Shown: one piece after another, positions 11,240-24,125 of the stretch
How positions within the stretch are numbered: position 1 is the first letter of the stretch
Layout: the number at the start of each line of letters is the position of its first letter
Assembly: GCA_036172245.1 (NCBI GenBank)
Contig: JAYWIR010000005.1
Location: 3,100,001 to 3,164,000 of the forward strand
Direction of reading: 5' to 3'
Length of the DNA stretch: 64,000 nt
Source of the DNA: Raillietiella orientalis
Lineage: Eukaryota
The notes under the pieces: generated by a model
The model's input: only the letters and a program-made list of their open reading frames with translations
What the model was told of the DNA's origin: nothing
Databases searched by the model: none
Program-made: the position numbers and the translations under genes

Positions 11240-13480
11240 AACTCTTCACCGCTCAATACGCCCCGAAGGGCGTTGGTTTCTCCGGTGGTTGCAGCAGGAG
11301 GCAACCTTGAAAATTCTGCCTCTCCGGAAAATCTCTGGAACCCCTGGGCACTTGGAAACAAATCCGGGATCTCCACAGAGTGCCCGAAATCCCACGCGTC
11401 TGCCTTCCAGAACCGCTGCGGCTCTGAGACCAAGGATCGGGAGCGTCTCCTTTCGGAACTCAAGGAGGGAGTGCAGCCGCACCGACAGATGCAGGCTTTG
11501 GGAGAAAAGGGGTGTGGCCGTCCACAGAGGCTCTAGCGTTTCCTCCAAACGATGTCATCGTAGTTGGCAATGCAAGCCCCCTCCCCCCCGGGTAGAGGTG
11601 CGTGTCAGGAAAGGTGAAGACACCGAAACCGGGAAGTTGCAGCGGATGGAAGGTGCGAACCGGGACAGGCAAAGGAAAACTTTGTCGCAGATTGCTGCTG
11701 GCGCTGCGGGCCCTCCAGTGGACTAGGGGTTCGTCCAGGAAACCGGAGGGAGTGCGTCCGTCCCTGGCTCTCCCTCCCCCCGACCTTCACTGTACCCCTT
11801 CACGAATTGAAAGGTGCGCGGGCGGTTTGGCAGCTCATGAGCAACAGAGCACTGGGCCAAGCAGCAACTAGTCCTGAAGCTCTCACGAGAAGCAGAGCGA
11901 GGATGCGGATTTACGGCACCCTGGGTCACAACGCAGCAATCGCAGGCGCTCAAGAGAGTCCCACGGAAACGAACAAGCAGTCGGACACGATACTGTGTGC
12001 GGATTCTTGAGGAAAGAAGGAAGAAGGAAAAAAATACGTTTCCAGTCAAAGGTCCGTGTGTAGACGCGCTTTACCGGCAAGAGAAGATGGAGGCTGATAC
12101 CTCCCGACACGCGATGGAAAGGGGAATTTTTTTCTTTTCTCTTTTCTTTTTCTTTTTTTTTTTTGCCAGAGGACATGATGGTGCCTGTGTACGAACCTTT
12201 CGTAGTCCCTTCGCGCTCGAAATTGCTCGCAGAGCGTTTGAGCAGATCTGTTTCAAAGAGGTACAGATGCTGCTGCTGCCGACCTGGAGTTTTCGGAGCG
12301 CTCACGGAGGAAGCGTAGCAAATCCGATGCGCAGCAGACTTCGGGGACAGCAGAAAGCAAACTCCCCCCCTCCCCCCCGGGGTTCCCGATGGATGAGGTC
12401 GCGTCCGTGAGGTTTGTGGAACCGGAGATGAGCTCACACCCCTGCTCAGTGGCTCAGCGTGCCGATCGAATCTCCAGCGTCCGAAGTCCACTCGATTAAT
12501 TATAATTACTGCATCCTTGCCCCGCGCTGGAGCAAGCAGCAGCGCTAGCGGAAAGTTTCGTGCGTGGTGAACGAGAAGAGGGAAGGGGGGGGGAAGGGAG
12601 TGCTCTTTCGCGCCCCGGAGCAATTTTTCGAGGGTGACGCCTTACAGAGAATCTCCCTGTCCTGCCTTCTTTCTCCCTCGCTTCCCTGCAAGCTCTCGGC
12701 CGGGTCTCCTCTCGCGAACCCCCGTCCTGTTTAGGAGTATTTCCCCTCTCCCTGTTCTCGCAGGAATCCTGCAGTTTCGCTTATCTCCCCTGGACCACAG
12801 CTTCTCCTTCCCCGTGCCGCTCCCACTTGCCGGTCTACAAATCCCAGATCGATTGCAAAGAGCGCCGCTGCCATGGACGAAGAGGCCTCGCCCGCGGTCA
12901 GAACCGAAGAGTTTGACCTCGTTCGTCCTCACGAGGGCGGGCGACGCCCTCGTGCGAGGAGGGTGGTCCTGCTTTCGCACGTCTCCGGCGTGAGAAGCGC
13001 TCGCGAGCGAGGCGCGTCCCAGGGACCGCTTGGGAGGCTGAGGAGGAACTCTTTGCGCTGCGCCCAGGTGGGCACAGAAGATTTCTTTCCCCCTTGGGAG
13101 GCGCTCCATCTTGATGGTCACTCTTGACTTCTCCGGTCCCAGAGAGAAGATCCCAGCAAAAGCTTCACTGTTGTTTCGATTTCCCTCGACGTCATCGATT
13201 GTCCCTTGTTCCTCCGAGGCTCGCATCCCTAGCCAGATTGAGGGGTGCTCGCCAGGTAGTTCGAGTGCCCCACGAGATGCGAAAGGATCCTTGGAGAGGG
13301 AGCGCGAGCTCTTCCCGGGACTCGAACGCATCTACCAGGGTGGAGGGATGGAGGTTCCACACTGGCTATCCGAAGATGGGAGGGGGAAGATGAGACCGGT
13401 GCCGTGATTGGGGCGAGCGTGTACCATCGGTAATGAACTTCTGGGCAAATCATTCCAGACGCAGTCGCTTGACTTCCCCA
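11240..13480 (-). mobile_element. Decayed DIRS-like retrotransposon (RT-RNase H-MT-YR)
   Basis: In order on the minus strand. RT: EQGTIDDV...GIFSLGPEK ('KGAIExV...FLVPKK'), IKMERL, RGRGLFV. RNase H: GRGGVC, QQHLYLFE ('GWGA', 'HINxLE'). MT: ASRES. YR box I: RRVGFRALCGDPGF ('KRVGxLxALS'). Confidence 0.55.
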
Positions 13481-14162
13481 CCGGGATTCCTTTTTCTTTG
13501 GGTGGGGGATTATGGCGGTTTGAGGGTGAGAATCATCTGCGCGCAAACAGCAGGGAACAGGGGTCACAGCAAGGGGGAGGGAGGCCAAATAGGAAATGCA
13601 GGACGTTCGTATCCGCCCCCACTCCCTTCCCCCCCCCCCCCAGCGCCTGCGGGAAAAACTACCGCGCCCGTCGATTCTGCGCACGCTGTCGGGACGGTCG
13701 CTCTTTTGCTCCCAGCCCCTCGCGAAAACCGGGGAGGGGAAGAGGAGGAAGGGGGGAAGGGCACAGGAACCCGTCCGCCGGCGATGCAGTTCGAGCGCCC
13801 GCCGTCGAATTCCTGGACTCCCCGCAATCACTCGAACAGGATGGGAGCGCTATTTATGGATCCCGGACGCAGATCTCTTCCAGAGCCAACGGAATCTCGG
13901 AGGCTTTATTGATGCGAAGGTGACGTCATCGTTTCCTATAGAACAAACCACTTCCCCGGCCGAGGCGTGCTTGTACCAAAATCGTCTCCCGAAAATCGAT
14001 GGATTTCGGATGATTAGTCAAGAGAGATATCCCACCCGGTCGGGGGGCACTCTCATTCCCTGAGTACAAGAAAAAACAAGTGATTCCCCCAGGACAAGGA
14101 TTAATCATTAATGCATGATACTTTTGAAGTGCAGCCGTCTGATATCGTCAAGAAAGAGGAAG

Positions 14163-14239
14163 CTCTTTCTTTTTCTTCTTCTTCTTCTCCATCTCCTCCT
14201 TCTCCTCCTCCCTCTCCTCCTCCTTCTTTTCTCTTCCTT
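14163..14239. repeat. Polypyrimidine/polypurine tract (CTT/CCT-rich)
   Basis: About 77 nt of C/T with a single A interruption. Confidence 0.9.
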
Positions 14240-14759
14240 GATCCTGTCGGAAATCCGCCATTCTCGCTCTGGAGTTGAACGAAACACCAGGGATGCAGAG
14301 CTCTGACAGTCTCGAGGTGGAGCGCGCGGCGTGCACGTGCGCAGCGCAAGTGTTGCGCGCCGCTCTCTCTCTCGGCCAGCGCTCTTCTGCTGGATGCGGA
14401 CGCGTTGGGAGCTCCCGGGGAATTCGTTCCTGAGGTTAGCCTCGCTCGCGCCTCGTGACCCTCGCGAGGGATTCCTCTCCGGAGGGTCGACGCCGCCGCT
14501 ACCCGGCCGGGCGCGCGTTCGGCGTGTCGGAAGCACGAGTGCCCGCGGTCCACTTCTCCTCCACGCCTTCTCTTTCGGGGAGTTTTTGACAGAAGGGGTC
14601 ACTTCCGGGTTCCACGGCACCGTTACGAGGCGATGATGACCGGCGCGCCGGAGGAGCAGGAAGGAGGAAAATCGCTACACGCTCATGCTCCGGAGTCCTA
14701 ACCCCATCTCAACCTACGGTCCCCTACGAGTCGTGGATGTCCCCCACCTACGCTCGACC

Positions 14760-15860
14760 AACCGGATCCCCAGATCATCGACCGAAGACAACATCCCGCG
14801 AACTTGGCGCTAAAAGCGGGATCGGGAGGGAATACCGCGTTGCCCCAGTGTGTCGAGGAGCAGCAGGTAATCTGGGAAACTGCCCGAACCCCCAAAGAGA
14901 AAAAGAAGTCTAAGGAACGCAAAGTGGGAAGAAAAGGTTCCGACTGGATGCAAGAATGGAGGAAATGCACTTACTCTTTGTGGACGTCCCATTCAGAACG
15001 GGAAAGCAAGTTCCTGAGCGGAGAGTGGGGATACTTTCCTGCACCCACCTTCCATATATGCACCATGCGCGTCTTTGAGGGCTGCGACCGACAGGTGTGG
15101 CATATTTACGCTACACGAGTGGAAAGGAATCATTTAGTAGGGCGTTAGCACAACAGGGAAAACGAGAGAGAGGAGAGAAAAAGAAAAAAAAAGAAGAGTT
15201 GCCTATTGTCTCTCGGGAACACCTAGTACCTGAATGACGAGCAGGGTTGATGCAATTTCGGCACTTGCGGATGTTCTCGCTGCGAGTGTGAGTCACGTCG
15301 TACCTCGAGCGCCTGCAGCTGCTGTATCCGAGAACCACATCGCAGGAGAACCGGGTCTCCGTGGACAGGAACTCAGCGACGTTCCTCCCTCTGGTTGCGT
15401 TTTGATCGCCTCCCGGACGCGAAAGGACCCGAGTCGAGGATCCGTGTTTTCGACGCTTTATAGTTTCTGGATGCTGGCGACGATGAGTTCAATGACGATT
15501 TTTGCGTCATCGGCAGTTCAGAGTAGCTGGCGCTCTGCAAGCAACTCCCCTCCTCGCTTGGTCTTCCTCTTCGTGGCTCGTCAGCGGAAGGAGGGCAGAT
15601 TCCCCATAAATTGCGATGGGGCACGCTGCCCACGGTCGCCGAGCCGCGCCACCGTCGAAAGATGGCGAGTTGAGCGAATGCCTCGCTACAGATGGGGTGA
15701 CCTCCATTCCTGACAACAGTGACACATCTGCGAAGGAATCTGTGATCCCTCCATGGTGTGTGGTTCGAACGGCAAGGGGAGGCCGTCTCAAATTAGTCAT
15801 CCAAATATTTTCAGCGTTGGGTCCACGTATGGATTTTGTTTACAGTGTGTTTAATTTCCC
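14760..15860 (+). mobile_element. Decayed DIRS-like fragment (RNase H end, MT, YR N-half)
   Basis: TEDN...SGGNTAL...QVIWETA (RNase H 'DN...GGT.S...IW.WA'); KDPSRGSVFSTL...MTIFASSAV; PRLVFLF; RLKLVIQIFSALGPR (YR box I-like). Confidence 0.45.
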
Positions 15861-18800
15861 TTCTTCGTCTCTGGTTTCTGATTCATCAGTGTAGCGGGCA
15901 GGCACGAGACATCGGATCCAGATGACCAGAGCTTTTCTGTTCTCCGTTCTGCAGTTTGTTTGTACCGCTTGTGGACTTCGATCTTGTGGACTTGTGGATC
16001 TTCGATCACCGAGCATTGACTCTGATGAATCCTAGTAATTACGAGTGGATGTCCACCGACTTCCACGGAATTATCTTCTCATGAGTGATTTTTGTTCATC
16101 TCGGTCTGGATATTCCAAGATGTTGCATCGCAAGATACTACATCACAGCATTTTGGAACATGCCGTTTGGAACGAGAAAACATCCACTTGCCAAAACCAA
16201 TCCAGATGAAATATCTAGATGTGTCCAGATCACACCCAGATCTGTTTGCTCGACATCTCTGCTGCTCAAAGTGCAGATTGGAGCAGGCAGCAGATGATGT
16301 AAAAACAGGAAGATACTTCCGGTACGCGCCTTTTTTTCAAGACAAGCAGTGAACGAATGAAGCATTACCGTGTCACGAATCTTTTCTTCCCGTAAGAAAG
16401 AAGAAAAGAAGGTAAAGAGAGATCCGTCACTACCTATCGATGGCGAAGTGGGGGAGTCAAAGTTCGAGTTGGGCAGCTGTCAAGTGTTGCTGCTACTAAG
16501 AATGAGCATCTAAAGCTTGAATAACAGCTTTGACCTTTATCAAAAGCAATTCCTTCGAAGAGTCAACTGAACCTTCTCCGTCTGAACACATGATTTTCTC
16601 TATATCATGCTTTTCGCCTTGCAGCTTTATCCTTGTTCTTTGAGGATTCATTTCCCATTCATCCGACACATGGCGTCTTCAAACGACCACAGACTCTTCT
16701 CGTGCATCTGCTTGTTCCTTCACAAACTCTTCTTTCAAATCGTAAAGCATTATTAAATACAATCTGTTGCTGCTCATCTGTTGCAGTGAAGAGTTGATTG
16801 CGGAGCTGCCAAGATGTCTGTTTCTTGGATGGGACCGCATTTGTAGATCATGGAAATTTGATGACTGGTAGAGACCGTGTGCCCCTTTAACAAACGCAGC
16901 TTTTCTAAAAGCCGAAGGCACCGACAAATGCAGGCACTTAAAAGGTCTCCGTGACATATGCTCCCAGAGTCCGGCATACAACAGCTTCACCTGACTGCAG
17001 GTATAAAACAAAAGTGGCTCACAAGAACCTGCAGGAGAATCTTTGCATTTACTTTCCAGCATCCCAGTCCTCGAGATAGTGGTGTTCTGTTCATTGTCAT
17101 GATCAAATCATTGGATATGTGGAATCTGTAGCTACCGCAGCCTTATCGGTACCTCCTTGCTCAGACTTATCAGTAGAGAAGCTGCAGTGCAGCCAATCAC
17201 ATGCTATTCAAATTCAAATTCCCTCTTTGAAAACTATCTTCAAGTCTTCCCCTAGCAAACTCAATAGAATATGATTTACGTTTTAAGTCTGGAAGTCTTT
17301 CTTATAAGGTCCGTATAGATAAATTTGGAGGAACGAAGCAGACAATCAAGAATTCGCATTGAAAATGAAGAGAATTCTTCTCGAAAACTTCATCCATCTT
17401 CCCTAGGCATTAGGGATAGAAGCAAAGTACCCATTTATCTGAATCTTTCGGGTTCCTGAATTTCATGCCCACAATACTAAAGACTTTCCAGTTTCCGGAA
17501 GTCTTTGTGCTCCAGCAACAGCAATTGAAGATGGAGGGAATTATTGATTATCAAGGCCATTCATCATGTATTGAACCATTAATTTTAGGTTTCTTATGCA
17601 CTGTTTACGCACTCCAGTGAAGGCTTTCTTGATAACGGCCGGAATTGTGTCACAGTCAGCCTAGTATGCAAGCAAGAGCAGAAATCTGAGAAGAGAAAAT
17701 CTGCATGGGGAAAGAACTTTTTCCTCCAAGTAAGCTGGAAAGGAATAGAATTTTGTTTTGTTTTGTTTTTCATTTCCAGGAATAGGCGACGCTAACTTTT
17801 GAGCTCTGAGACGAGATGCACTCCTTTCTGTTTTCTGTTTTCACTGAACGTCTGACCACAAATCTCGTAATGACCAAGGGTTTCGTGCGAAGTTTCCAGC
17901 TGCGCTATTAATTCATAAAAAATTGTGCGTCCTTTTCCCGAATCACAAAGTATTTGCTTCTCTAATTGTAGGGCTCACCTCAGGTTAAAAGTGAACGAAG
18001 AAACCTGATGGGACAGCTTAGAGCTCGCTTCAGTAATCAGCACATCCTGACGGAGATTTTTCTCTTCACCTGCAATTGCATGATGGCTGTCTTCCATCCT
18101 CCCTGCAGAAGTTAGTGGATTTTTCAGGTCCAATTTGTACTCCGAATACAAATTCCCATCCAAAACTTTTCGCTAGAGCTGAAAGCAAATAAAAAGTTCG
18201 AGGTGATGACCGTATTGGAATCACCCTTGGAAACCTTGGGCTGGTACAGCCGCCTCTCATGAGAAGATCCGGCACTAACATTACCTCTGCATTATTATCA
18301 GAGTTTGAAAGCAGTGTGATGTCCGAGAAGCAGATTGAATGTCTTAACTGAAGAGAAAAAAGCCTCCTGGATACTGTTGGCGACATGAAATTTGTTTATT
18401 GACCAAGGGCGACTCAGTTAATAACCTGGGTAAAGATTTGCTGAGTCTTCCTCGATCTGCTTTTTCTTTGTGCATCTATGTGTTGAGAACATAACCAGAT
18501 GGTATGCATATTTGTACAAAAAGACGCATATTTGTTCATTGGCTTGGTTATATGAATTAGGTGAAAGTGAATTGAATTAAAAGTACTATGACCATAGTAG
18601 CCAAACCAAAAAAAAATCCAGTCAGAAACTGGATGCAAGTGAGGAAAAGCGGTCGCTGAGATTTCAGGGGTGCGGTGGCCGTGTAGTACATCACAAATAA
18701 ATAGGAAGCTCCCATTTGGGCAATGAGAGCTTGAGAAATCTTGAGTAAGGTAACCAGCACATGGAGCAGGCGATAGACGAGCATCGTAAGGAAACATCCA

Positions 18801-19149
18801 GAACCCTTACGCTGTGTGGACTTAGACGCACTGTAGACGAATATGCTGTTTGAACTTGGAATTAGGAAGATCGACAAAAGTGCATTATTCTCTTTCAGAA
18901 ACACATCAACAAAATAAGAACATGAATGAAATTCATCAAAAAATTTTCTACTTCTGTTTGGATGACATGTACAGCACCTGAAAGAGGAAAACACGATGAG
19001 AGGGAAGTGCTTGACTCATTCCAAAATGCCAAAAGATGAACCAAACAAAAGCTTTCGGATGATCGAAATCCTTCTTTTCTGTCTTCGCAGTTCTTCGACA
19101 CGGTTTCACGCCACCTGAGGGTAGGTAATTCTTCAAGATAGGAGGTACC

Positions 19150-19640
19150 CTGGGAGGGGTCCGCCCCATGAATCCAGGAAGGACTCGGAGTCCGTTCCTC
19201 TCACAACTGGGGAGGGATCCCCGGAAATGGAGATCACCTCCACCCTGGTTGTCTCCGAAGAGGAATCCAGGAAAGAATCCTCCTTCATTATTCTCTCCGG
19301 AGGACCCCCGGGGTGTCCGTGCCATTCTTTCTTCTCTGAAGGGAACCCGGAAAGGATCCGATCCTGGGATTTCTTCTCCGGAGGGATCCCCCGCAAGGGA
19401 TCCGATCCTGTTTTTACTCCTCTGAAGAGAAGCCAGAAGGGACGCTTCCGAAATTCAGAAGGACGCAGCTTCCCCGAAGGAATCGGCTCGCTTCCCCGCA
19501 CTCCCTGGAGAGGTGGTGGCAACACACCTACTCCATCAGTACGACGCGGAGAGCCCCCCCGGAATCGGAGGTCTGCTCCTTCACAATCGGGGGGGAGGGA
19601 GAACTCCCCCCTCCTTGATTCCTGGAAGGACCCGGAGGTC
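19150..19640. repeat. Self-similar GC-rich island with short internal repeats
   Basis: GGATCCGATCCTG occurs twice (~19354, ~19398). CC(A/T)GGAAGGAC(T/C)CGGAG occurs twice (~19174, ~19621). TCACAA..GGGGG..GGGA occurs twice. Confidence 0.55.
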
Positions 19641-22600
19641 GACTCTCATTTGTCCCGGTCCTCATTGGGTGCATCCGGTTTGAACTGCTACCAGTGCCTC
19701 ACCCGGATGAATGTAGGTCAACCAGCGTCATCTTGTGGGGTGAACTCGGAGCCCACGACGCACTGCGTCGATTCCTTCGAAGTATTCGAACCCACGACGC
19801 ATGGTGCCACGAGCGGAGACCACCGCAGCCACGCAGCCTCCGACGCGGGCCGCTGTTAAATTCATTCAATATCTCATTCAATATCAAAGATGGGAAGTCG
19901 GGTTGGAAGATGACTAAAGCAAATTGAAAAATTCCTCACAGTCTTTGAAATCATCCCACGCTGGATCCTCTCAAGAATCATGTGCTGACAACGAAGTAAA
20001 TGCAACATGTAACTTTATTTAAATGTAACATTAAGATGAATCTTCTTCAAAACCAGACTCACTAACGGTATTTTCAGGATCTTAGACCTTCTTACATGCT
20101 GGTGTCTCCAGCGGAACAGCAACAAGGATGGTAACTGACTTCGCGAATCATACAAGAAATCTTTCTTCTCATGTCTTCGCTCAAAGGGCGAGAGGAAGAA
20201 CTGACAAAGGTTCGCTTAGCACTGACCAATAGAAGAAGGAAAGCACTTTCACACAAGAAAATTGCTAACCATCAACTTTGTGACTTGCGATTTGAAATTC
20301 CTTCGGCAAATTCCGTAATTTTTTAATAGCTCGTAAATGCTGAGGGCACATTGAAAAAAACAAAAGATGGAGATCAGGATGTTGAACATCTTGTACAGCG
20401 CAGGTGAGATGATTCACACTTCCTAAGGTTTAGCCTGAGAATTGTGAGTAAAGATGGAGACACCATATCAAGACGAGATAATCTTCTATTGCTTTCTTTG
20501 AACTGTCAAAGTGAGGGTTGAATAAAAAAGCGCATTTTCTGGATAGGAAAATGGTGCAGCCTAATCCTTAATATTTAATGACGTGCCATGAAAAAAATTT
20601 GTCCACCAATTGAAAATGTTGCTAAAGATGTGATTAAATCGGATTGAAAAAGGACCAATCAAAATGGAAATGCAAGGCATTCAGATGTGATAATCACTCT
20701 CCGTAAATGCCAGGTTTTGATTCAAGTATAAAAAAATTCTAGGTAACGAAACGGAAGAAATGAAAATCATTACCGGAAAAATCCCCATTCATATCGGGTA
20801 CTACGATTTACCGGGGATGGACCATAACGCTTGTAGCTCGGATGTGCTAATGAAAGATTTCCGAATCTGTGGAAGACTCACTTTTAGGTGGAATCACTTG
20901 TGTTGCCAACATCCAATCAATTTAGAAGAGGAGGCAGTCGTGTAAATAACCAAAAAGATCAGCTCATAGCGAAATTCGCGTTAACGTAACAGCTTGAAGC
21001 TCGAGATTATTCACTCTGGGAAACCAAGTGAATGCAAGATCTCCAGGGTAACACAATACAGGTAATACATATTGAATAAAAAATCAAGTAAATGTTTTCC
21101 TCCGGTCGCCTTTGTTGTCAGAGCATCTCAGTAATTGGACCAACCCACGAAAGAGGCAGCGAAATGTAATCAGGAAGGTCTATCCTGCAGGTCCTTCTCG
21201 CATTTCGAAACCATTAAGATCTCCGACCTCTCAGTGTATATGATCTTCATCAGTTGTGCATCTCTGTACTTCCTTTGTATTTGTGATCTCGTCCGGGCTT
21301 TCTGAAAGCACTAGGAAAGAGTGTCGAACGCATGCGGAAGCAGCTGCAGTGCTACAGTCACAAGCAGCGGTTACCAACCTTTAAAGTACGACCTCGATGG
21401 CTGTTGATTCTCTGCTACTGCGTCCAGGGGGAGTGTTTTTTTTTTAAACCACGGATGTTTGCGTAAACTTTAGCCTCTTAGACGGAAATCGTACTTTTTA
21501 GATTCTACATGGGGTGTTTCCATCATTATCTGGTCGTCTTGAATACGATGAGGTACAATATGTCGGCAGGTCTCATAAATGTCTCCAGAAATTTAAATGA
21601 CCGGAGCGCATTCATGTGCTTCGGCTAAGGTACGCAGAGGGGCAATTTCGCTTTCATGGACGTGATCGAGCGCTTATTAAAGGATAGAGGGGAGTCTGGA
21701 GATTTACTTTGCTTTCTTGAGTGTGACGTTTTACGAACACGCGCTTTGGACGCGAAAGATGTTCCCTCCACTACCTTCATAACCCGAAAAAGAATCCTTG
21801 TCCTTCCTCGACTTGCCTTTGTTAATCCTTGGCATCCCTGAAGAGCATTCTTCGTTGGAGGTAGGAACCAGGAAAGCACGAATTCTCGCAGCATCTCCTG
21901 GCTGTCTGGAACTGTTTCGCCTGTCCTCTTTGGCAAAACAGGCCTCCTCCCTCAACCGAAGAGCACGACCATGGGGATAATTCCTGAGTGCCGTTCTCTT
22001 CGCATTTACGTGACTGGTAGGTATCAGACGTGCTCTGCACCATCGATGTAGAATCGTCCCTTTCCAGGGTTTTCGGAAATGCCCTTGGATGGCATCTTTC
22101 TGAGCTCCTCTATGGGTACTCTCAACGCGCATCTGCCATTTTCAACTCCTGTCAACGAGCCTTCGAGAACGTAAATGATGTCGGAGATGTGGGTCGCATG
22201 ATTTGCAGCATTAGGCTTTAGCATTTTCTTGCTCTATCGTGCGATACAATGGATTAAGAATAAAAATCTTTGGTCAGAGAAGCTGAGCATCTCGTTCTCA
22301 AGAAGTCATAAATATCCCAAAAAGCCGGAGCAAAGTTCTGAAAGCTTTTGCGTGGATAACATCGCGAGAGTGGTCGGATGAAATTAAGGGAAACATCGGA
22401 ACCGAAGACATTGCAGTAATCGAAGTGGGTGCGAGCAGGGAAGAAACCAAGCCCGCACTCTTGTCTCCTCTGCGGAAACGCCACAGCGGCGTTTTCAGCT
22501 CGTGTATCTGATTGGATGGATCGGCTGGAGTACTGGCGACCTCAACGGCTGCAAGCGCGCAAGATGGAAGGACAGAGGGCAAGTCCGCTGATCTCCCTCG

Positions 22601-23839
22601 CAACCACCAGGCAGCAGGCAAGGCCAGGTACAGCTTCGCGGCGGGGATGCACGCTCCTCAGCTGTCACGGATCGCCGACTGAGGGTGCAGTCAAAAACTT
22701 CGTCCTAGTGACTGGGGCCATTTATTTCGATAAATCATAACAAAAGGCCAGCCATCTGAGAATACCGCTCAGATTTCACCGAGGATGCGATTAGGGAGAA
22801 GGAAGAGAGGGTGTGGTAGGAGAACCGATAAATAAACAAACAAATAGGGGTGGGGTGGACCTACTTCATGGGCGCCTGCGTTTTCGGGTGCCGAGAAGCA
22901 AGAAATGAGATACGATGCTGTCGTCTGATCAGTCCTAATCCGTCCGCTGATTGTCTTCTGAGGCTTCCTCTATCCCACCTTCCGGTTTCGACCGTTTCCC
23001 TTGCAAGTCTCTCGAGGGGCGGTGGCAACTTCGAGAGGTTCCCTTGGATGGCGGCCACACCCTTCATCAGTCTTGGTTTACCATCACTGCTCCCTCATGT
23101 GTCACAAGATGGCCTTCGAGGAGGCAAGCGACGAACCCCTTGCGAGCAGACCCTGAGTAGCATCATCGGAAAGTCAGAGTGTCCCTGCCAAGCTAGTGCA
23201 GTCCGCCCGCAGCTTCCGGCTCATTCGAGATGGGCGGGTGGAAGATCCTCACGGTGCTCACACATTACTTTGGTGCCTTCCCCCCTGGGATCGTGTTCAA
23301 GGAAAGGCTTTAGCTGTGAGAAAGATGGCAGCAATCCAAAGATCTCCTAGCCAGGATTGCCAGGTTATTCATTTCAATAAATAAATAAAGTTCATGGTGA
23401 GAAGCGGTTGAACATGAGACTGTCGAAACGAAAGTAACCACTCCCTTTCTCTTTCCACCCGGGTGCGCCGGGGAGTTTATTGAAAAACTATCTGAGAACA
23501 AAGATTCTCAGACAACGATACAAGAAGAAAAACAGGAGGGATCCCCGACACGCAGGTCGGTAAACCTAAGAGTCCGGAACGTGAGGGAGGGGGGGACACC
23601 GGGAAAACAAGAATATATGAAATATATATATATATAAATCTTTGAAGGGATTTGGGAACAGGAGTCTTTGGCGTTAAACGTTCCTTTATCTCTGAACCGG
23701 CGTCGAATGCTAGAGATTTCCTTCCTGACGTCTCCTAAAAGATGACGCCACCTAGCTGACTCCCTTTCTCTCGAAACAATGAGAAAGAGGCAGTGGAGGA
23801 TGGAAAGATAGGATCAAAGAGGTACATAAATGAGGAGTT

Positions 23840-24125
23840 GAAATGGACCTGTCTCGCAGAGGCGAGGATGATTCCCGAGAAATTGTATCGGTCAAGGATA
23901 GCAGATAGGGGGAATGCGGTGTAGCTAGTCTGAGGACCACAATCGTTCTGGAACCCCCTTATGTTTCAAATCCCATTGTGGGATGGCCACCCTAACGCAC
24001 TTCGCATAGGGCTGATCGCAATTGCGAACTGCCCCCTGGGATAATGGTCCCACAGTCCTTCCACTTCGGCTGTCACTTTCGGCTATCCATACCTGAGAGA
24101 GGGACGTCAGAAATGAGATCACTAA
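23840..24125 (-). mobile_element. Possible DIRS YR fragment
   Basis: VISFLTSL...RVAIPQWDL...YLLSLTDTISRES resembles 'VLxFLxxL...PxWDL...FLLALTSxxRxSE'. Confidence 0.3.
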
